Of a stretch of DNA of 64,000 bases, positions 55,030 through 64,000 are shown in pieces. Position numbers and translations under genes: made by a program. Below the pieces are notes generated by a model, which was given only the letters and a program-made list of their open reading frames with translations, was not told the DNA's origin and ran no database searches. The stretch's first letter is position 1; every line of letters starts with the position of its first letter. Source of the stretch: Nitrospirota bacterium (lineage in GTDB: Bacteria; Nitrospirota; UBA9217); NCBI GenBank assembly GCA_963741205.1, contig CAVUHW010000026.1:256001-320000 (forward strand). The letters are read 5' to 3'.

Positions 55030-55095
55030 ATCTTCTCCTCGTGAAGATTCGTGACTTTCCGTCCCCTCCTTGCGGAGGGTTTGGCTTTATCGGGA
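55012..55095 (-). ncRNA. c-di-GMP-I (GEMM-I) riboswitch aptamer
   Basis: GAUAAAGCCAAACCCUCC-GCAA-GGAGGGGACGGAAAGUCAC...GAUGGCCGAGCUGCCGA has the P2 GNRA loop and GGACG.AAAG junction. Confidence 0.92.
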
Positions 55096-55241
55096 CTGTT
55101 TTCTGTATTAAGCCTGAGTTCCTCTCTTGGCACCGACTTATTGCCGCCCCTTATCCATGCTGCGAACTCTTCCCCGCTTAGCTTCCCGCCAATCGGATAA
55201 CATCCATCCTAATTAATATATAGCTCCGGCCCGACTTGCTG

Positions 55242-55757
55242 TCAAGAAGCGGCGGGTCTGCCTGGCATTGCTGCGGCGGCCCCATGCCCCGAACCCGCAT
55301 GTGCCGGCGAGATCACGACGCCCTTCGCTCCTGCTGCTCGGCAACCCCCCTGAAAGTCCCGCTCGATGTTCCTGATGAAGTCTTCCCGGCGCTTTTTGTA
55401 ATAGCGGGTCTTGACGCCGGTGTATATGCGGTAATCGATAAAAAAGTAAAGCTCGAAGCTGCTTACCGCGACGGCGGTCATGACAATGGAGCTCTTCAAT
55501 TTGAACAGTTCCCGGTGTGCCTCAAAATCAATCGCGACAAGCCCGATGACGACCAGGACCAGGGCGCAGAGAATAAAAAAGAAGATTGTAAAAAATCTCC
55601 GCTCCAGTTCCATGAACTCGACAGACTCAACGTAGTCGAACAGCCTCCCGGCCCTGGACTCGAACGTTGCCCAGTCGCACTTCCCGGCATAATAGAGGAG
55701 AGCCTTCCGGTGGTTTTCCACCTCCTGATTGAACCGTTCGGCAAGTTGCCTCTTCAT
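55242..55757 (-). CDS. Hypothetical 2-TM membrane protein
   Basis: Clean ORF, aggtg RBS and two hydrophobic segments. Confidence 0.7.
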   Translation of the reverse strand: MKRQLAERFNQEVENHRKALLYYAGKCDWATFESRAGRLFDYVESVEFMELERRFFTIFFFILCALVLVVIGLVAIDFEAHRELFKLKSSIVMTAVAVSSFELYFFIDYRIYTGVKTRYYKKRREDFIRNIERDFQGGCRAAGAKGVVISPAHAGSGHGAAAAMPGRPAAS

Positions 55758-55802
55758 ACGACATCACCTGCCCTTTCCTTAATAATATACGGTAGGGGCT
55801 CA

Positions 55803-56150
55803 TCAACAGTGCCCGCCGATCTTTTCTCCTTTTGCCGCCGCGACATACTCCATGATCTCTTCGGGACCGCATTCAATGCAGCGGTCAATCCCCTGGATAA
55901 TTTGAATATCCTCGCACTGCGTGTAAGCCCGTTTGAGCCCCGGATCGCTGAGCCGTTTGAGCACAAGGGACTTGGGCCTTATGTACGTGCTGCTGCAGTT
56001 CATGCAGATCCAGATAAAGTTCTGCTTAGCGGTCTCCAGGCACTTCTCGCACACGAAGACATGCTGCCCCGGCGCGATTTCCGCCTGAATCGTCGTCATT
56101 CCTACTCTGCATACCTGACAGAGCCCTTTACTGTTCAGATAATCTTCCAT
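55803..56150 (-). CDS. Cys-rich protein with four CxxC motifs
   Basis: CQVC, CEKC, CMNC and CIEC; gggggaa RBS. Confidence 0.75.
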   Translation of the reverse strand: MEDYLNSKGLCQVCRVGMTTIQAEIAPGQHVFVCEKCLETAKQNFIWICMNCSSTYIRPKSLVLKRLSDPGLKRAYTQCEDIQIIQGIDRCIECGPEEIMEYVAAAKGEKIGGHC

Positions 56151-56315
56151 AACTTCCCCCTTTGGACCAAGAGAACCATGTCTGTTGTATCACCTAAACC
56201 CTTGGTATGTTCTCGATCCACAAAAGGCTGCGATCCCGCTTCAGTCGGGAGTGCTTAAAACAACGGCTGGACATTTCTGCCCACTAACAGCATTACTTAT
56301 ACTAAAATAATATAT

Positions 56316-56331
56316 AGCAATTAACGTGCCG
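56316..56331 (-). promoter_or_regulatory. Sigma54 promoter
   Basis: CGGCACGTTAATTGCT. Confidence 0.75.
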
Positions 56332-56555
56332 GTGCCGAGTGAGAGACTGTCAAGGCTTTCGGCTGAAAACTGAATAACATATTTTTCACATTATCAATGA
56401 GATATTCCGCAGTATAACTACGTGTTCATAAGCAAGGGGAGGCGTGTTCAGGGAAGGTATATCAAAATGGATAGGTCAAAATAGGACACAGTGGGTAATA
56501 ATTGTTACATTATTGACATAGTTAAAAAGCGGATTGTTGGAAAGATATCCGATGC

Positions 56556-57827
56556 TCATAAATTCCCGCGCAATCTTTCCGCGTTCAGTATCCTCTTGAC
56601 CGCCAGTTCATATGCCGCCTTGCGCATGCGGCACCGGGCCTCGCGGCAATGGCCGCTGACGTCATTATAAGCGGTGATCATGATCTCCCGGAGGCGCGAC
56701 AGGACTTTCTCCTCCGGCCACGTATCGTTGCTCAAGTTCTGGCTCCACTCGAAGTAGCTCACCACGACACCTCCCGCATTCGCGAGAATGTCCGGGATGA
56801 GAAAAATATTTCTGTCGAACAGGATATCGTCCGCGGCCGAGGTCGTCGGTGCGTTGGCGAGTTCCAGGATGATCTTTGCCTTCACGTCTTTCGCATTATT
56901 CGCATCGATCTGGTTGGAAAGCGCCGCGGGGACGAGGACGTCGCAGTCGACCGTCAGAAGCTCTGCGTTCGTGATTTCCTGTGCGCCCGGGAATTCCGCT
57001 ACGCTGCCCGTCTGCTTCTTGTGCTCCATCACCGCCGGAATATCGAGACCTCCGGGATCCAGAACGCCGCCTTTCACGTCGCTTACGGCGATGACACGGT
57101 ATCCCCGTTCGTGAAGGAGCCTCGCGGCGTTCTCGCCCACGTTGCCGAATCCCTGCACTGCCACGCGCAGTCCGCGGGGCTCCATCCCCTGTTCCGCGAG
57201 GGCCTGCTCGAGCACATGGATCCCGCCCAGGGCGGTGGAATACCTTCGCGCTACGATGCCTCCCAGCTCCGGCGGCTTGCCCGTGACCACGGCGGGCGAA
57301 TGCTCGCGCCTGATCCGCTCGTACTCGTCGAGGATCCACGCCATGATCTGCTCGTCGGTGTAGACGTCCGGCGCGGGAATGTCTTTAAACGGTCCGATAT
57401 AGTCCGCGATGGCGCGGATGTACCCGCGCGTCACGAGTTCGAGGTCCCGCCGCGAAAGGTCCATGGGATTGACGACAACGCCGCCCTTCGCGCCGCCGAA
57501 GGGGATGTTCACAACGGCGCACTTGAGCGCCATGAGAAAGGCGAGTTCGCCCGCGTGGTTGGCGTCCATCTCGGGATGGAAGCGGATGCCGCCCTTGGCC
57601 GGGCCCCGCGCATCGTTGTACAGGACGCGGTAGCCGGTAAAGATCTGCGTCTTTCCCGTGGTCATCTTCACCGGAAAGCTGACGGTAAAGGACTGCTTTG
57701 GAACGGACAGCAGGTCCAGCTCGTCCTGCGAGAGGCCGAGGTCCGCGTAGATGTTCTGGAGCTCCGTCATGCCGAGGCTGCGGAGGTCCTGCTCGTCGCG
57801 GTGTAATCGGTCATGGTCACGTTGCAT
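56556..57827 (-). CDS. gdhA: Glu/Leu/Phe/Val dehydrogenase (glutamate dehydrogenase)
   Basis: GPAKGGIRFHP, FGGAKGG, DIPAPDV, QGFGNVG and ANAGGVVVSYFEW. Confidence 0.93.
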   Translation of the reverse strand: MQRDHDRLHRDEQDLRSLGMTELQNIYADLGLSQDELDLLSVPKQSFTVSFPVKMTTGKTQIFTGYRVLYNDARGPAKGGIRFHPEMDANHAGELAFLMALKCAVVNIPFGGAKGGVVVNPMDLSRRDLELVTRGYIRAIADYIGPFKDIPAPDVYTDEQIMAWILDEYERIRREHSPAVVTGKPPELGGIVARRYSTALGGIHVLEQALAEQGMEPRGLRVAVQGFGNVGENAARLLHERGYRVIAVSDVKGGVLDPGGLDIPAVMEHKKQTGSVAEFPGAQEITNAELLTVDCDVLVPAALSNQIDANNAKDVKAKIILELANAPTTSAADDILFDRNIFLIPDILANAGGVVVSYFEWSQNLSNDTWPEEKVLSRLREIMITAYNDVSGHCREARCRMRKAAYELAVKRILNAERLRGNL

Positions 57828-57830
57828 GGA

Positions 57831-59383
57831 TTACCTCGGATGAATGAAGTTCAGGTATGCATTCGCAAGTGGCATCGGAGTCAAGGAATACATCTTCATG
57901 ACGTCAACTTGCTCCTCGCTATCATTCGGGCATGCCGAACTGTGCCCTCGAACTATTGCTTTAGTCAATCCCGTCTTCTTCGCCGCATCGGCGACAGCGG
58001 CGGAAACGGACGCAACGACGGTGCGGTCGAAAATGCTCGGGATGATGTAATCCTCGTGCAGTTCTTCGGTAGCGACCGTATGGGCGATGGCGTGGGCAGC
58101 CGCGAGTTTCACTGCCTCGTTCACGCCCCGCGCCCGAACGTCCAGAGGCCCCGGAAGATGCCGGGGAAGCCGAGCATATTGTTGATCTGGTTCGGGTAGT
58201 CGGACCTTCCCGTTGCCATGACCCGCGCCAGCGAATGCGACCTCTTCAGGCGAGATCTCCGGGTCGGGATTGGCAAGGGCGAACACGATGGGGTCCCTGG
58301 CCATCTTGCGTACATCGTCGGCGGTGATGACGTTCGGCGCGGAAAGGCCGATGAACACGTCGGCGCCTTTCATAGACGTCCGATATGCTTCCCCTGCACC
58401 TCGCGCGGATTGGTTATCTTCGCCAGTTGCCGCTTGTAGGGGTCCATGCCGTGCTTCCTGCCGGCATACAGGGCGCCGGTCCTGTCACACACCGTGATGT
58501 CCTTTACGCCAGAGGCGAGGAGTATCCTGGTCACGGCCGAACCTGCAGCACCCGCGCCCACCACGACGACCTTGAATTTTTTCAGGTCCCGTTTCAAAAG
58601 CCGCGAGACGTTGATAAGCGCCGCCAGCGCAACAACACGACGTCCCGTGCTGGTCGTCATGAAACACGGGGATGTCGAGCAGTTTCCTGAGCCTGCTCTC
58701 AACCTCGAAGCAGTGGGGCGCGGAGAAGTCTTCGAGATTGATGCCGCCGAATGCCGGCGCGATGTTTTTCACCGTGGCCACGATCTCATCCACATCCTTG
58801 GTCGCGAGCACGATCGGGAACGGCGTCGATGCCGGCGAATTCCTTGAAGATCATGGCCTTGCCTTCCATGACAGGAAGCGCCGCCTCGGGCCCGATGTCG
58901 CCGAGGCCCAGGACCGCGGTGCCGTCGGAAATAACGGCGACGGAATTGCCTTTGATGGTGTAGCGGTAGGCATGCTCTTTATGCTCATGGATGTCCATGC
59001 AGACCCGCGCCACGCCCGGCGTATAGACCTTGGACAGGTCGTTGCGGTCCCTTACCGGAAGCTTGTTCCTGATCTCGATCTTGCCGCCCTCATGGGCGGA
59101 GAAGGTGCGGTCCGAGACCCTGATGACCTTGACGCCCGCCACGGTCTTGATGGCCTTTACGATGGCTTTTTCGTGCATCCTCGTTCTGGGCGTTCGACGG
59201 TAACGTCCCGGATGATCTTGCCCTTCTCCACGCGCACGATGTCCACGGAGCCCAGGTCTCCGCCGGCGCTCGAAATGGCCGTTGCGATCTTCGCGAACAT
59301 CCCGACCTGTTCTCGATCTCGACCCTGATGGTGATGCTGTAGCTGGGGCTGCAGCTGTATCCGGGCGTGCACACGTTGTCCAT
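57831..59383 (-). CDS. NAD-dependent malic enzyme with N-terminal ACT domain, multiple indels
   Basis: [15 protein letters not shown] domain, [30 protein letters not shown] and NQINN. Confidence 0.9.
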
Positions 59384-59586
59384 GGCGTTTCTCCTTTACC
59401 ACTTATTATAGATTCAATCCCGGCGATGGTCAACTCACGGCCGCTCATACATAGTATACATGTACTGCTGCTCAAGAGGGTTAACATCCTTTTATAAAAA
59501 AATCACCGTGCAAAAATCGGATAAAGTATGTATAATTGTAACCATTGTCGTCAGGACCATCGATCAACCGACCATTGAATATCGTT

Positions 59587-60981
59587 ATGACTGACTACCG
59601 CATCGAAAAAGACTCTCTCGGCGACGTACGGGTTCCCTCGGACGCGCTCTACAGCGCCCAGACCCAGCGGGCAGTCGAAAACTTTCCCGTTAGCGGCATC
59701 CGCTTTCCCCGGGTTTTCATCAAGGCACTCAGCCTCATCAAGGCGACGGCCGCTGAAGTCAATGCCGGCATGGGACTGCTCGATGCCGGGATCGCCCAGG
59801 CTATCTTCGATGCCTCCCTCGAAGCGGCCGACGGCAAATGGGACGAGCAGTTTCCCCTCGATATCTTCCAGACCGGATCGGGAACGTCGACGAACATGAA
59901 CGCCAACGAGGTGATCGCGACGCGGGCGACGCAGCTTCTCGGCAAGCCGGATAAGCCGGTCCATCCCAACAATCACGTGAACATGGGCCAGTCGTCCAAT
60001 GACGTCATTCCGGCAGCGATCCACGTAAGCGCCTATCTCGAAACAAGCGAAGTGCTCATTCCTGCGCTGAAGCATCTTCACAGCGCGCTCAAAAAACGGG
60101 AAGCGGAGTTTCATGATATCGTAAAAACCGGGCGCACTCACCTGATGGACGCCATGCCTGTGAAGCTGAGCCAGGAAATCGGCGGATGGGCCTTCCAAGT
60201 GCAGCAGGCCATCGAACGCATTGAATCCACGCTCCCCCGTCTTGCGAAGCTTGCCCTCGGCGGCACTGCGGTCGGAACGGGCATCAATGCACCCAAGGAA
60301 TTCGGGAAGATCGTAGCCCAGCGGCTTGCCGGCAGGACGAACCTGCCCTTCAGGGAAACAGACAATCACTTCGCAGCACAGGCGACCATGGACACTGCTG
60401 TGGAGCTTTCGGGCCAGTTGAAAACCACGGCCTCTTCATTCATGAAGATGGCAAACGACCTGCGCTGGATGAACAGCGGGCCCATTGCCGGCCTCGGCGA
60501 GATAGCGCTTCCCGCCCTGCAACCCGGTTCGAGCATCATGCCCGGCAAGGTGAACCCGGTCATGTGTGAGATGATGATGATGGTGTCCGCCCAGGTCACG
60601 GGAAACGATGCGACAATCGCTATCTGCAACCAGCAGGGGAATTTCGAGCTGAACGTCATGCTGCCGGTCATTGCCCATAATCTTCTTCAGTCCGTCACGC
60701 TGCTCGGAAACGCATCCCGCCTGCTGGCGGACAAGGCAATCGCCGGTTTCACCGTGAACCGCGAGCGCATCGCGGGACTCGTGGACAAGAACCCGATACT
60801 CGTCACGGCGCTGAATCCCGTAATCGGGTACGACAAGGCGGCACAGATCGCAAAGAAGGCTTATGCCGAGGGCCGGTCCTTAAAGGAAGTTGCCGCAGAG
60901 ATGACGAACCTGTCCAAAGAAGAGCTGGACAAATTGCTCGATCCGAGGCCCATGACCGAGGGCGGGATTAGCGTCGCATAG
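59587..60981 (+). CDS. fumC: Class II fumarate hydratase
   Basis: QTGSGTSTNMNANEV, GRTHLMDA and GSSIMPGKVNP. Confidence 0.96.
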   Translation: MTDYRIEKDSLGDVRVPSDALYSAQTQRAVENFPVSGIRFPRVFIKALSLIKATAAEVNAGMGLLDAGIAQAIFDASLEAADGKWDEQFPLDIFQTGSGTSTNMNANEVIATRATQLLGKPDKPVHPNNHVNMGQSSNDVIPAAIHVSAYLETSEVLIPALKHLHSALKKREAEFHDIVKTGRTHLMDAMPVKLSQEIGGWAFQVQQAIERIESTLPRLAKLALGGTAVGTGINAPKEFGKIVAQRLAGRTNLPFRETDNHFAAQATMDTAVELSGQLKTTASSFMKMANDLRWMNSGPIAGLGEIALPALQPGSSIMPGKVNPVMCEMMMMVSAQVTGNDATIAICNQQGNFELNVMLPVIAHNLLQSVTLLGNASRLLADKAIAGFTVNRERIAGLVDKNPILVTALNPVIGYDKAAQIAKKAYAEGRSLKEVAAEMTNLSKEELDKLLDPRPMTEGGISVA

Positions 60982-61047
60982 GGCAGAGTGGCGAAGCAGG
61001 CCCCCTTTGCTCCATGCTCTTTGCAGATGAGCTGAAGGATAACAATC

Positions 61048-61717
61048 ATGTTTCTCCCAACATCCACCGTCGGCAGAAAAATCATCATGGCCATTACCGG
61101 CCAGATCCTGGTCTTCTTCATCGTCTTTCATATATCCGGCAACTCGTCGATCTTTTTCCACACGCTCAACGCCTATGTCGTATTTCTCCACTCCCTTCCC
61201 GTTGTTATCTGGGGCGGCCGGCTCTTCCTGCTCGCCGCCTTCGGCCTTCATCTCTGGTACGGCGCCGTATTGAAGCTCGAAAATTATGAAGCGAAACCTC
61301 AGCCCTATGCGGTTACTCACTATTATCAGGCCACCTTCGCGGGCAGGAATCAAATCTGGACCGGCGTTATCATCGCGGCTTTCCTCGTGTACCATCTTCT
61401 CCACTTCACGCTCCAGGTGACGAACCCTATCTATCGCGGCAGTCTCCAACAAGGACGCCCTCGGCAGACCGGATACGCTCATGATGGTGGTCAGAAGTTT
61501 TCAGAATATCGGAATTTCAGGAATCTACCTGCTGTCTCTTGCCGCCCTTGGACTGCATCTGCTCCACGGCATCCAGAGTTCATTCCAGTCCTGGGGACTC
61601 ACAAACGACCAAACGCTGCCGGTCATTGAAGCATCGGGAACCGCGGCTTCTATCGCACTCTTTTTCTGGTATTGCGCGATCCCGGTTTCGATTGTGTTGG
61701 GGATATTTAAGGGATGA
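61048..61717 (+). CDS. sdhC: Succinate dehydrogenase/fumarate reductase cytochrome b subunit, frameshifted
   Basis: VGRKIIMAITG..FHISGN..HLWYG..YHLLHFT..HLLHGIQSSFQS. Confidence 0.9.
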
Positions 61718-61846
61718 GATGATCCGATAGCAGCCATTCCCACACGGCAGGCATGGATTTTCTCTTTTTCACTTCCTGGCTTTGTGCGAGACAGGTTTTA
61801 TGCGACGTTGTCATATTCAGTTCTCGTTATCTGGAGCTTATCAAAG

Positions 61847-63760
<1,914 letters not shown>

Positions 63761-63783
63761 ATTGCGGAATGCGCAATAAAGGT

Positions 63784-63872
63784 CGTCATTCCCGCCCCTG
63801 CTTTAAGCATGCTGGGGCAGGCTCAAGCGGGAATCCAGGGTCTCTGGAGTCCGGGTCAAGCCCGGAATGACA
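63784..63872. repeat. REP doublet with nested hairpin between sdhA and sdhB
   Basis: cgtcattcccgcccctgctttaagcatgctggggcaggctcaagcgggaatcca..ccgggtcaagcccggaatgaca. Confidence 0.85.
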
Positions 63873-63889
63873 GTCGGGATGATTCTTTT

Positions 63890-64000
63890 ATGAACTTAAC
63901 CCTCTATGTTTGGCGTCAAAAAGGCCCCAAGGACAAAGGCAATCTCGTCCGGTACGAAGCAAAGGACATCAGCTCAGACATGTCCTTTCTTGAAATGCTC
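63890..64000 (+). CDS. sdhB: Succinate dehydrogenase Fe-S subunit (partial)
   Basis: [25 protein letters not shown]; follows sdhA. Confidence 0.9.
   Translation, partial: MNLTLYVWRQKGPKDKGNLVRYEAKDISSDMSFLEML

Noticed and set aside
55012-55095. cGAMP (GEMM-Ib) riboswitch
   Set aside because: The discriminating position is G rather than A, which favours c-di-GMP.
1-61717. Pervasive frameshifts suggesting mass pseudogenisation or programmed frameshifting
   Set aside because: They are 1-nt indels, often in homopolymers or GC runs, and hit housekeeping genes (aconitase, sdhC, tatA) with otherwise intact motifs. This fits long-read consensus error; read polishing would confirm.

Overview
A GC-rich bacterial chromosomal segment. 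Gene content and style suggest an anaerobic or microaerophilic Nitrospirota/deltaproteobacteria-like organism (inference). Many genes, including housekeeping ones, are split by 1-nt indels, most likely long-read errors, so several CDS calls below are manual joins of ORF fragments. Left to right: (i) a sigma54-type cluster (TSUP transporter, TIGR02186, USPs, TatA, histidine kinase/response regulator, PEP-utilising enzyme). It hosts a pair of paralogous genes, each with a GspE/MshEN-like N-domain, that together carry five DUF202-like Arg-heptad membrane repeats. (ii) Mixed housekeeping and accessory genes: ogg, NtrY-like kinase, LysM protein, ald, GGDEF-EAL, OYE, pyk, cls, an orphan NorQ/NorD-type pair and a cytochrome P460-family protein. 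(iii) A ~19 kb central-metabolism supercluster (acn-gltA-ssaD-ThDP decarboxylase; gdh, malic enzyme, fumC-sdhCAB) that looks like a cyanobacterial-type 2-oxoglutarate decarboxylase/SSADH TCA bypass. It is interrupted by an accessory islet carrying a c-di-GMP-I riboswitch. Also present: CGTC-type REP palindromes, heptamer repeats, four sigma54 promoters and apparently leaderless genes. No rRNA, tRNA or CRISPR array was seen.
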